From: Candidatus Saccharimonadota bacterium
Lineage (GTDB): Bacteria; Patescibacteriota; Saccharimonadia; Saccharimonadales; Saccharimonadaceae
Direction of reading: 5' to 3'
NCBI GenBank assembly: GCA_016432585.1
Contig: CP066696.1
Coordinates: 388,113 to 452,112, forward strand
Length of the DNA: 64,000 nucleotides
The notes below the pieces were generated by a model, which was given only the letters and a program-made list of their open reading frames with translations, ran no database searches and was not told where the DNA came from. Position 1 is the first letter of the stretch, and every line of letters begins with the position of its first letter. Shown here piece after piece: positions 40,932-49,726 of the stretch. The position numbers and the translations under genes are program-made.

Positions 40932-41014
40932 GTCAAAGCCTCCAAGCAGAAAGGTAACTAACCGAATGAACAATAAATGATTTATGTGCATGTGTCAATG
41001 GTAAGAGATAAGAT

Positions 41015-41042
41015 GATAGTGCCCGCCGGGCCGGACACTATC
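41015..41042 (-). terminator. Terminator hairpin of orphan 41075-41392
   Basis: Minus strand GATAGTGTCCG...CGGGCACTATC then pyrimidine tract. Confidence 0.7.
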
Positions 41043-41074
41043 GCCGTAATCGACAGTGTGCGCAGATCAGCGGG

Positions 41075-41392
41075 CTACGCCTTAGTATCTACCTGCGCGA
41101 ATATTCGTAACGCCTCGCTCTGCACTCGTTGGTCGCGCACCAGTGCCTTGATATAGCCCGGCACGAGCATCGTCAGTGTTACGGCCATCGCCCCGCTTTG
41201 GAATCTCGTGCAGTATGCTTCGATTTCAGAGGTGAGCATGGTGACGACGCCCTCGGCGGTAAGGTCCGTCGATGAATAGTTGGCAACTTGGGAATGGAGA
41301 TACTGGGCGTGATGTTGACTGGGGCTGACTGTAGCCAGGCGCTGCAATACCTCGCGGCGCGCTGGCATCGTGAACGTTCGTCTACTCGACAT
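41075..41392 (-). CDS. GC-rich orphan protein, 105 aa
   Basis: SD GGGGGAG; own TTGACT-17-TATTGT promoter (41431-41459). Confidence 0.7.
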   Translation of the reverse strand: MSSRRTFTMPARREVLQRLATVSPSQHHAQYLHSQVANYSSTDLTAEGVVTMLTSEIEAYCTRFQSGAMAVTLTMLVPGYIKALVRDQRVQSEALRIFAQVDTKA

Positions 41393-41478
41393 GACTCCCC
41401 CTGTATTCGCAGGTTGTTAAGGTTAATTAAACAATACCACTGTACATATGGGGAGTCAATTTGTGCTACGATACATGT

Positions 41479-42405
41479 ATGATTGTGGGGATAGACGAGG
41501 TTGGCCGAGGGGCCTGGGCTGGGCCTATGGCCGTGGGTGCGGTACTTTTGGGCGGCGCCTCTATTGAAGGCCTTACAGACAGTAAAAAGCTAACGAAAAA
41601 ACAGCGCGAGCGCCTTGATATCGAAATACGACAGAAAGCGCTTGCTATTGGAATTGGCTGGGTGAGTGCGCGGACTATCGACGAGATAGGACTTAGCGCG
41701 GCGCTAAAATTAGCAGCAATGCGAGCCTTGGCGCATATACGCGGCGACTACAAAGAGATTATTATCGACGGCACGATCCGGCTTGTTGATGATCCGCGGG
41801 TAACGCTTATGGCCAAGGCGGATTTACTGGTGCCGAGCGTATCGGCTGCTTCTATTGTCGCTAAAGTGGCGCGGGATAATTACATGAAACATATTGATAA
41901 GGTGTTTCCAGGATACAAGTTTGGCAGTCATGTAGGATATGGCACGGCTAGCCACCGCGCTGCAATACAAGAAAAAGGCGTTTCGCCGATTCACCGTCTT
42001 TCGTACGCACCGCTTAAACAATATCAAGCTACTCCACGGATTGCTCCTGCGCCCAGTGTTCGCACGACAAAGCAAATAGGCGATACTGCTGAAAAAGTCG
42101 TTGAAGCACATCTTGCAAGTGTAGGCCATGTGATATTGGCGCGTAATTGGCGAACCAAGTACTGTGAAATCGATATTGTCTCGCGACTTGGTGATACGGT
42201 GTACTTTACAGAGGTAAAGTATCGAAAAACCGACAATCAGGGTGGAGGGCTTGCCGCAATTACAGCTAAAAAGCAGCGACAAATGGCATTTGCTGCCGAG
42301 TTTTATGCAACGAAAAACAACATGAGTGCGACAGACATGCGACTGGCTGCGGCCGACGTTGCCGGCCGCGTTCCGACGCTAAAGACTTTTCTAGAGCTTG
42401 GCTAG
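41479..42405 (+). CDS. rnhB: Ribonuclease HII fused to C-terminal YraN (UPF0102) nuclease domain
   Basis: GIDEVGRG, DSKKL, IDG, ASIVAKVARD, GYGT; then ARNWR..YCEIDIV...FTEVKYR. Confidence 0.92.
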   Translation: MIVGIDEVGRGAWAGPMAVGAVLLGGASIEGLTDSKKLTKKQRERLDIEIRQKALAIGIGWVSARTIDEIGLSAALKLAAMRALAHIRGDYKEIIIDGTIRLVDDPRVTLMAKADLLVPSVSAASIVAKVARDNYMKHIDKVFPGYKFGSHVGYGTASHRAAIQEKGVSPIHRLSYAPLKQYQATPRIAPAPSVRTTKQIGDTAEKVVEAHLASVGHVILARNWRTKYCEIDIVSRLGDTVYFTEVKYRKTDNQGGGLAAITAKKQRQMAFAAEFYATKNNMSATDMRLAAADVAGRVPTLKTFLELG

Positions 42406-44916
42406 GGCTTCTCGAACCTCGGGGCCATCGCGCTCGATAAGCTGTACTCGGCCTTCAATCTCGCCTATGCCGATTGTTATGACACGGGTAAGAGCAGGAA
42501 CATCAATCATGGGGCTAAAGAACGCCTTGTATTCTTCTAGCTGGTTTCGCGTCATTAACGACCCAGCTGCGTAACGAGGAAAATCGTCGTAGCTCTTATC
42601 GCCACTAAATGTTTGTTCAATCCATTTCCAGTTATCCTGAAGCCACTGCCATGCAATTGCGCGTCCACTGCGGTTTCGCATAAGCCACACCAGCCAATGC
42701 GTGGCGTCTTGGCTGCGTACGATCGTCCCTTGTTTTATAAGATCAAGCAGTTTGCTGATCGTGACCTCATTTTTAGTTGAGGTAAGTCCGCTTGCAATAT
42801 CTTGTTGAAGATCGGGTGATGGAGTCTTGCCGTACTTCTCGATCAGCGTGTCGACTAGCTCGCTTGTTTCGCCGTGGCGAACGGCTGTACCAACAATAAG
42901 TGCGCGCAGTTCGGCGTCGAGCTCTTCGAGGCTCTTCGAGGCATACAGCTCTTTTGCGGTGGCAAGCACATCGGCATCTTCGCTGTAGATCATCATACCA
43001 ATAATTGTCGCACGCATTTTTGTGTCGGTCTCTGACTCGTTTTCTTTAGCATCCCAGCCTAGGCGATTGTATTGTTTTCGTGCTATGGTTCCTGACAAAC
43101 TGCGAAGCTTGCGCTCTGCGTCTTTGTCGGTTTCAACGAATTTCTTTAGTTCGTTGATTGCAAGCGAGATAATATCCCACACCGCCTCGGCCGTTTCGTT
43201 TTTGTAAGCGTCTAGCAAGGGAATAAGCGACGCGGTAGAAACAAGGCCGCCCCGTGCAAGGAGCGTTTGTTCGTGAAGAAGCTGAAGCCGATCAACGACA
43301 TCGAGCTCTCCGTTTTCAACCTGCTGAATGAGCTGCGAAAGTAGATCGCCGTCGTACTGGGTAATAAAATGCGCGGTACTGCCAACGTTAAGACGCAGGG
43401 GTTCGCTCGATGTATGTTTAACAGTGATCTCTTTAGTAGTGAGCATCTGAGGGACATCGGTCGATGACGCTTTGAGCGGAATCGGCCACAGCTTGCTTGA
43501 GGGTTCGTGAGGTCCCACAAAGAACTGTTGCTGAGAGAGTGTTAGCATGTCGCCGTTTTGTGAAACCGTGACGACAGGATATCCCGATTGCGATATCCAG
43601 GTATTCATGAAATCTCCGATATTTTCGCCACTGGCGTCGCTTAATTCGTTCCATAGGTCATCGCCAGTGGTATTGCCGTATTTGTACTTTGCAAAGTACG
43701 ACGCAAGGCCCTTTTGGAAGGCTTCATCGCCAATATATTGCTGAAGCATGCGCATAAGACGGCCACCCTTGGCGTACACGATTGCACCGTCGAACAGCGT
43801 GCTGATTTCATCTGGGTGATTAACCTCTGTTTGAACGGGTTGAACGCCCTCAAGGCTATCGCGGCGAAGCGCATAAATAGATTCGGTTGTAACAAAATCG
43901 AGCCATACGCTCCAATCTGGATGGAGAGCGTCGGGCGCAAGGTGCTCCATAAGGTTAGCGAAGCTTTCGTTAAGCCACAAATTATTCCACCATTTCATTG
44001 TGACGAGATTGCCAAACCACTGGTGACTCAGCTCGTGTGCAACAACACCCGCAACGTAGTGCTTGCTGCTAACGCTCGTAGTCTCGGGGTCGACCAAAAG
44101 GGCAACCTCGCGGTAGGTGATAAGTCCCCAGTTTTCCATGGCTCCCGAGCTGAAATCTGGAAGCGCGACATGGTCAGACTTTGGCAATGGGTAAGGTGTG
44201 CCAAAATATTCGTTAAAGAAATCGATAGTTTCCACGGCGCTGTCGAGTGCAAAATCAAGGCTGCTAGCAGGCTGTGCTGGCGTGGCCCATACGTTCACCT
44301 CAACACCTTGCTTTGTAACGGCGGTTTTTTTGTGGAGTTCGCCCGCTACCCACGCCAAAAGATACACGCTCATGCGTGGTGTTGTATCAAAATGCGTGAC
44401 AAGTTTGTCGTTCTCGATTTGCTGTTGCTTGATAGGCATATTTCCAAGTACAACAATATCTTGCTCTGTCGTAAGCGCTACGTCGAACGTTGCCTTTGCT
44501 TCAGGCTCATCGATACATGGAAAAACCTCGCGCGCATGGTGGCTTTCAAATTGCGTCGCCAAAAGCTCCTTTTTTACACCGTCGTGTTCATAGTAGCAAG
44601 GGTAAAGACCATGCATACCATCAGTTATAGTGCCACTAAAGCCAATGGCGACAATATGGCGGCCTGCGTGAATATCCGGGTGAATGATACTTATTTCATC
44701 GTTCTCGCCCTGGTTAAAATCAGCCTCCTTGCCATCGACCGTTACGGATTCAATTGTCAGATCTTTTGCGTGAACTTTAATCTCGCCAGTAGAATCGGGC
44801 GAAGATCCGTTAATAGAAACCGTGCCGCTAAAAGTACGGCCTATGCGGTCGTGGTTTAGCGAGAGTTGGTAATGTTCGGGGACGAATTGGGTAATAAGGC
44901 GAGAAACAGTTTGCAT
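42391..44916 (-). CDS. pepN: M1 family aminopeptidase N
   Basis: GAMENWGL, HELSH...WLNE zinc motif, YAKG. Confidence 0.95.
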   Translation of the reverse strand: MQTVSRLITQFVPEHYQLSLNHDRIGRTFSGTVSINGSSPDSTGEIKVHAKDLTIESVTVDGKEADFNQGENDEISIIHPDIHAGRHIVAIGFSGTITDGMHGLYPCYYEHDGVKKELLATQFESHHAREVFPCIDEPEAKATFDVALTTEQDIVVLGNMPIKQQQIENDKLVTHFDTTPRMSVYLLAWVAGELHKKTAVTKQGVEVNVWATPAQPASSLDFALDSAVETIDFFNEYFGTPYPLPKSDHVALPDFSSGAMENWGLITYREVALLVDPETTSVSSKHYVAGVVAHELSHQWFGNLVTMKWWNNLWLNESFANLMEHLAPDALHPDWSVWLDFVTTESIYALRRDSLEGVQPVQTEVNHPDEISTLFDGAIVYAKGGRLMRMLQQYIGDEAFQKGLASYFAKYKYGNTTGDDLWNELSDASGENIGDFMNTWISQSGYPVVTVSQNGDMLTLSQQQFFVGPHEPSSKLWPIPLKASSTDVPQMLTTKEITVKHTSSEPLRLNVGSTAHFITQYDGDLLSQLIQQVENGELDVVDRLQLLHEQTLLARGGLVSTASLIPLLDAYKNETAEAVWDIISLAINELKKFVETDKDAERKLRSLSGTIARKQYNRLGWDAKENESETDTKMRATIIGMMIYSEDADVLATAKELYASKSLEELDAELRALIVGTAVRHGETSELVDTLIEKYGKTPSPDLQQDIASGLTSTKNEVTISKLLDLIKQGTIVRSQDATHWLVWLMRNRSGRAIAWQWLQDNWKWIEQTFSGDKSYDDFPRYAAGSLMTRNQLEEYKAFFSPMIDVPALTRVITIGIGEIEGRVQLIERDGPEVREALAKL

Positions 44917-44948
44917 GTAATCTATTGTAACAAAGGTATACTAGTATT

Positions 44949-45638
44949 ATGAAACGCACCTACCGTATCCGACGCTTTGTTGCGGTGATTGTAGCGACGA
45001 TTGGACTCGGCGCTATTATTTTTACGCACCCCGATTTGCAACAGCCCATGGCGCCGCAGGCAACCGAAAATCAGGCAGCTAGCGAAGCGCAAACGGCACT
45101 AGATACACTAGAGGTAAAGGGGAGAGCGCCAAAAACCGGCTACGAACGCTCGCAGTTTGGTGATGGCTGGGCAAGCAGCGGCGGATGCGACACGCGAAAC
45201 AGTATCTTGCGCCGAGATTTGAGTAATGTGGCGATGAATGAAAAATGCCAAGTTGTCAGTGGTACACTAAACGACCCATATACTGGCAAGGTAATTATGT
45301 TCACACGTGGCGAAACATCTAGCCAATCGGTGCAGATCGATCATGTGGTGGCACTTAGCGACGCGTGGCAGAAAGGTGCGCAGCAATTGTCGTACGAGCG
45401 TCGTAAAGAGCTGGCAAACGACCCGTTGGAACTTTTGGCGGTAGAGGGCGCGGCGAATATGCAAAAATCAGATGGCGACGCGGCGACGTGGCTTCCACCA
45501 AATAAACCGTTTCGTTGTCAGTACGTGGCTCGGCAAATCGCCGTAAAAAAGAAATACAGCCTGTGGGTGACGGCTGCAGAAAAAGATGCAATGGTTCGTG
45601 TATTGGTGGCATGTCCTGCGCAAGGCTTGCCAAAGTAA
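44949..45638 (+). CDS. Secreted/anchored HNH nuclease (DUF1524-like)
   Basis: N-terminal hydrophobic segment; DPYTG, QIDHVVAL, AN..K, WLP, CQY. Confidence 0.88.
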   Translation: MKRTYRIRRFVAVIVATIGLGAIIFTHPDLQQPMAPQATENQAASEAQTALDTLEVKGRAPKTGYERSQFGDGWASSGGCDTRNSILRRDLSNVAMNEKCQVVSGTLNDPYTGKVIMFTRGETSSQSVQIDHVVALSDAWQKGAQQLSYERRKELANDPLELLAVEGAANMQKSDGDAATWLPPNKPFRCQYVARQIAVKKKYSLWVTAAEKDAMVRVLVACPAQGLPK

Positions 45639-45651
45639 CTTTGAGGTGCTG

Positions 45652-45674
45652 GTCCCCGCCGTAACGGCGGGGAC
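45652..45674. terminator. Perfect GC hairpin between convergent genes
   Basis: GTCCCCGCCG-TAA-CGGCGGGGAC. Confidence 0.75.
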
Positions 45675-45699
45675 GGCGAGTAGGACTCCTCGTTGGCAT

Positions 45700-46125
45700 T
45701 TACGCCGATTTTGGCTTGGGCCGACTCCTGAACACGTACCGGAACGTGCCGGTCATATTCAAGAAGCCGATCGTAATGCAGCAGATCAGATACGCCCACA
45801 TGTATGGGACGCTCAACGCTGCCACCAGCACCCAGAACAGGCATTGGCTGGCGATCATGGTGCCTGCCTTGAGGACGTGGTGGCGGCGCCACTGCGGCCA
45901 GAATGGCAGCTTGCGCTGTGCGGGATCGATACACCACCGGTTGAGGCAGAACTGTATCTGGTTCGATACGATTGTTCGTGCCCAGTTGGCGGTCACGGGA
46001 GCAACTCCCATGACGCTGACGAATAGTGCAAGGATGAGAGCGTTGCCGCCCGTCATGCCTGCGCCGATCAGCATGTACCTATACCGCTCGGGCGTTATGC
46101 CGATCTTACGTAGCAATCGGGTCAT
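45700..46125 (-). CDS. GC-rich GtrA-like small membrane protein
   Basis: About 4 hydrophobic segments; RYMLIG, F.LNRW, FRYVFR; SD AGGAG; TTGACT-16-TAATAT promoter. Confidence 0.65.
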   Translation of the reverse strand: MTRLLRKIGITPERYRYMLIGAGMTGGNALILALFVSVMGVAPVTANWARTIVSNQIQFCLNRWCIDPAQRKLPFWPQWRRHHVLKAGTMIASQCLFWVLVAALSVPYMWAYLICCITIGFLNMTGTFRYVFRSRPKPKSA

Positions 46126-46225
46126 TTCGCTCCTAGTTCGAGGTCCAATCTCATATAACATATTAAAACATATCTACTAAAAGTCAAGGCGAGTCCGAAC
46201 AGCTGATTGCGATACAATAGAAGAT

Positions 46226-48550
46226 ATGAACGCCACTGAACTTGGTTTTGCAGCCGACCTGCCCATTTTTGATTATCACGAGGCGATTACGTCGGCAGTG
46301 GATGCAAATCAGGTTACTATAATTACAGCTGAAACCGGTGCGGGTAAAAGCACGCAGGTTCCGCAGTATTTGGCCGAGCACGGTTATAGTAAAGTGATTG
46401 TGACGCAGCCGCGTATTCTTGCGGCACGCAACCTGTCGCGGCGCGTCCGCGAAGAGCGTGCTATGCGTACAGGTGTGGATTCGGACGAACTAATTGGCTA
46501 CCGAACGGCGCATGAACGCGATGATGGGCCTGATACTCAGATTTTATACTGTACCGACGGTCTTCAGCTTGTGCGCGAGATTACTGGCAGTGGCACGAGT
46601 GAAAAGCAGGTACTTGTCCTGGACGAAATCCATGAATGGAACGAAAACATGGAGGTGTTGGTGGCATGGGCGAAAAAGCGTTGTCAGGAAGAGCCACGTT
46701 TTAAAGTGGTAATAATGAGTGCCACGATAGAGTCCGAAAACTTGGGTGCGTACTTTGGCACGACGTCTATCATTGCGGTGCCTGGTCGCAGCTACGAGGT
46801 AGTAAAACGTCGCGGAAAAGATCTGATAGCTGAGATTATGCAGCTTCTTGACACAAAAACGAGCAATATGTTGGTATTTTTGCCAGGTAAGGCCGAGATA
46901 GAGAATGTAGGCGAGGCGATTAAAAAGAAGGCACTTGCCAAGGGTGTCCCCGTTATTCCTTTGCATAGCCAGCTAGAGGCGTCTGCTCAGCAGCAGGCGT
47001 TTGCCTCGTATCCTAAGGGTAAAGTGATCCTCTCGACAAATATTGCACAGACCAGCGTTACGATAGATGATATCGACGTGGTAATAGATTCGGGTCTGGA
47101 GCGTCGCAGCGAGGTGCAAAACGGCGTCGAAGGGCTATTTATTGCCCAGATATCGCAGGCTGATAGTTTGCAGCGCGCTGGTCGTGCTGGTCGAACTAAA
47201 AACGGTGAGTATATTTTAGCGCCGTACGATACGATGCCATGTCTTGCTTTTGAAGATAGGCCGCCGTATGGCACGCCCGAAATCCTGCGCAAGCATATCG
47301 ATCGGCTGACGCTTCGGCTTGCAAATGTTGGGATTGATATCGAGCTTCTTGACTTTTATCATGCTCCGAGCCACCGCGCGCTTAAAAATGCCAAGCGTAC
47401 GCTTGTAGCGCTTGGCGCTCTTACGCAATCGGGTGAAGTAACGGCAACAGGCCGGCGCATGGAGCGGTTTCCGGTGGAATCTGCCTTTGCGCGCATGCTT
47501 GTAGAGGCCGAGATGTATTCGCAGGAAGTCCAGGCAAAACTTGCTGCAATTATCAGCATCCAAGAGGTGGGTGGAATCGTAAAAAGCAGCACCCGCTACA
47601 CTGCTTGGCGTTCGTTCACTCGCCAAACGAAGTCTGATCTTTTGGCACAGTACGATGTTTATTTGGCGATTCCGACTATAGACCCAGAGCAGTTTGAAGA
47701 CATGGGGATTATTGGCAAAAATGTCATTAAGGCCCAAGAAACGATGGAACGGCTCGATAGGGATTTGGGCTTTGATCCCAGTAAATTAACACCTATCGAA
47801 AGTCACGAGGTCGAGCCGCTGCTTAAGTGTATTGTCGCCGGGCAAATCGACCAGCTATGGACGGTCGAGCCCGACGGCACGGTGATTCATCTTTCGAACA
47901 ATCAAAAACGCGAGCTTTCAAGTGGTACTGTGGTAGCGCACCCGAAGTTGATTGCGGGCACGCCGTTTGATTTGCAGATCCCGACACCTAAGGGCGACCT
48001 TGAGACACTTCATTTAGTGCAGGGGGTTACTGCGGTCAATCCAGCATGGCTAGAAGGTCTTGTTCCACATTTATTTACGTCAAAGCCAGGCAAAATATAC
48101 TACGATAACGACCAGGGTGCATTGGTGATGCGTCAAGTCGTAAAGTTTAATGGGCGAACTGTTGAGGGTGCTGGTGTGCCGATCACCGATTCAAATCCGC
48201 GAACGCGGCGTATGTTTGCCGATCTTTACGGCGCATGGCTATACGAAAGGTTAGAGCGCGAAAGACGCAATCTTCGCAAGAGTCACAACCGGCGAATACC
48301 AGCAGTATTACTTAGGCAGTTGCAAAAGCAAGTCCGAACTATTACCGGTGGCGCAATATCCCTGGGCGAGCTTAGTCGTCAGCAGCGGGCCGAACTGGAA
48401 TCGCTCGGTAAAATGCAAACACATCTGGGCGATGCATTCATGGCGAAATTAGGAACATCACGAAAAGGTGGCGACCGCTCGGGACAGCAAAGACGAGGCT
48501 GGGAGCCTCGTCATAAACGCAAGTACGATCGTCGAAACGACTATCGTTAA
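46226..48550 (+). CDS. HrpA/HrpB-like DEAH-box helicase
   Basis: ETGAGKST, TQPR, DEIH, SAT, FLPG, STNIAQTSVTI, QRAGRAGR, HA2-like region. Confidence 0.92.
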   Translation: MNATELGFAADLPIFDYHEAITSAVDANQVTIITAETGAGKSTQVPQYLAEHGYSKVIVTQPRILAARNLSRRVREERAMRTGVDSDELIGYRTAHERDDGPDTQILYCTDGLQLVREITGSGTSEKQVLVLDEIHEWNENMEVLVAWAKKRCQEEPRFKVVIMSATIESENLGAYFGTTSIIAVPGRSYEVVKRRGKDLIAEIMQLLDTKTSNMLVFLPGKAEIENVGEAIKKKALAKGVPVIPLHSQLEASAQQQAFASYPKGKVILSTNIAQTSVTIDDIDVVIDSGLERRSEVQNGVEGLFIAQISQADSLQRAGRAGRTKNGEYILAPYDTMPCLAFEDRPPYGTPEILRKHIDRLTLRLANVGIDIELLDFYHAPSHRALKNAKRTLVALGALTQSGEVTATGRRMERFPVESAFARMLVEAEMYSQEVQAKLAAIISIQEVGGIVKSSTRYTAWRSFTRQTKSDLLAQYDVYLAIPTIDPEQFEDMGIIGKNVIKAQETMERLDRDLGFDPSKLTPIESHEVEPLLKCIVAGQIDQLWTVEPDGTVIHLSNNQKRELSSGTVVAHPKLIAGTPFDLQIPTPKGDLETLHLVQGVTAVNPAWLEGLVPHLFTSKPGKIYYDNDQGALVMRQVVKFNGRTVEGAGVPITDSNPRTRRMFADLYGAWLYERLERERRNLRKSHNRRIPAVLLRQLQKQVRTITGGAISLGELSRQQRAELESLGKMQTHLGDAFMAKLGTSRKGGDRSGQQRRGWEPRHKRKYDRRNDYR

Positions 48551-48768
48551 CGCTTTTTAATGATTATTTCGAGATTAGAAATATACTGCGCCGGGTTAAC
48601 ATGCTTGTTTTTTCGAAGATAAGCCAGGTGAATCTCGACAAAAGGTAGTTGGCCATCGGGGTATTCCGTTGCGCTCGGGCTGTACATACTTTTGGTCGTC
48701 ATAGAAGGATCGTCCTGAAGCTCCCGTAGCTTTTCGGTGATTTCATCGATAGTCATAAATGGCTGCAT
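48547..48768 (-). CDS. Hypothetical protein, 73 aa
   Basis: ATG 6 nt after CATACT -10-like box; fills the gap between helicase and hsp20. Confidence 0.7.
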   Translation of the reverse strand: MQPFMTIDEITEKLRELQDDPSMTTKSMYSPSATEYPDGQLPFVEIHLAYLRKNKHVNPAQYISNLEIIIKKR

Positions 48769-48800
48769 GGTATCAGTATGCGCCTATTTGTCACTAAAAC

Positions 48801-48830
48801 CTAATCGAGAGGGGTTAGCCTCTCGATTAG
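48801..48830 (-). terminator. hsp20 terminator
   Basis: CTAATCGAGAGG-N6-CCTCTCGATTAG, followed by T-run on minus strand. Confidence 0.85.
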
Positions 48831-48839
48831 ATTGTATGT

Positions 48840-49271
48840 TTACTTCTTTTTGCTCTCAATGGCAATCTTCTTTGGCTTTGGAAGTGGCGTTAAGGGGATG
48901 GTTACCTTAAGGACGCCGTCATTTAGGTGCGCTGCAATTTCATCGACATTCGCGCGCTCGGGGAGCTGTATGCGCCTGTAAAAGCTACTGCTGGTTTCGC
49001 GCACGACATATTTCTTTTTCTTGTCTTCCTCTTTTTCGTGCTTTTCCGCCTGAATAACAAGCGTGCCGTGATCTACTTCTATATTCACGTCGTCTTGTAC
49101 GAAGTGAGGTAGGTGCGCCTCGACAACCAGCTCGTTGTCATCGTTCGTATAGACATCCGTCGTTGGAATATTCACGCCCTTTAATGGTGTCATCCAATCG
49201 TCGCCAAAAACTTGCTTTTGCAACGCGCTCAGCTCGGCAAATGGATCAAACTTTACAAGATTACTCATCAT
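48840..49271 (-). CDS. Hsp20/alpha-crystallin small heat-shock protein
   Basis: DVY, VRE.SSSFYRRIQLP, A.LNDGVLKVTIP, C-terminal IAI; SD AAGGAG. Confidence 0.95.
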   Translation of the reverse strand: MMSNLVKFDPFAELSALQKQVFGDDWMTPLKGVNIPTTDVYTNDDNELVVEAHLPHFVQDDVNIEVDHGTLVIQAEKHEKEEDKKKKYVVRETSSSFYRRIQLPERANVDEIAAHLNDGVLKVTIPLTPLPKPKKIAIESKKK

Positions 49272-49331
49272 TAACTCCTTTCGTAGTAATTACTTAATAC
49301 TTTAGGAGAAGCATAATGCTTCTGTACTTTT

Positions 49332-49361
49332 ATGATATAAAAAGATGTTTTTTGTTGTCAA
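49332..49361 (-). promoter_or_regulatory. hsp20 promoter
   Basis: TTGACA-18-TATCAT on minus strand. Confidence 0.6.
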
Positions 49362-49559
49362 TGATCTGAATCACGATCGTTGTAAGTATCACAGTTTGTA
49401 AAATCACGAACAGTAACCGATGTGAACAAGGCATTTTATCATAAGCGTCAAATACGATACTATTTTTATTGTACGAGCGTGATTGTGTGCGGTAGCTTGG
49501 TATAATTATATATGTGGGCGCGCCACAAAAGTAGACAGTAAACTAAGAAGGAGAAACTA

Positions 49560-49634
49560 ATGACACAACTTGGATTAGGTCTTACAGTAGCGGTAGCAGT
49601 AACACTCGGCGTAGGCGTTGGCTTAGGTCTGTAA
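49560..49634 (+). CDS. Unannotated 24-aa hydrophobic peptide MTQLGLGLTVAVAVTLGVGVGLGL
   Basis: TGGTATAAT at 49498-49506; SD AAGGAG 6 nt before ATG; terminator directly downstream. Confidence 0.75.
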   Translation: MTQLGLGLTVAVAVTLGVGVGLGL

Positions 49635-49651
49635 ACAAAATCGAACACTAT

Positions 49652-49679
49652 GGCGGCTCCTACCCGGGCCGCCTTTTTT
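49652..49679 (+). terminator. Terminator of the 24-aa peptide gene
   Basis: GGCGGCTC...GGGCCGCC then TTTTTT. Confidence 0.85.
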
Positions 49680-49726
49680 GTTGTTTAAAGGTATAATAAA
49701 AGGAGATAAAGAATAGGCGGACATAC

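Noticed and set aside
40543..40980. 145-aa plus-strand Ser/Arg-rich ORF
   Set aside because: Antisense to the orphan that has promoter, SD and terminator on the minus strand
40555..41059. Integron attC sites for the orphan cassettes
   Set aside because: No RYYYAAC/GTTRRRY core boxes, no integrase in the window, and the cassettes carry their own promoters
43714..44859. 381-aa plus-strand ORF
   Set aside because: Antisense shadow of pepN; no recognisable motifs or start signals
45518..46180. Several overlapping 139-154 aa ORFs in other frames
   Set aside because: Expected from stop-codon scarcity in GC-rich DNA; only the GtrA-like frame has an SD and membrane-protein pattern
49466..49648. 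60-aa minus-strand ORF with PTPTP/TATAT repeats
   Set aside because: Mirror of the 24-aa plus-strand peptide; promoter, SD and terminator all favour the plus strand
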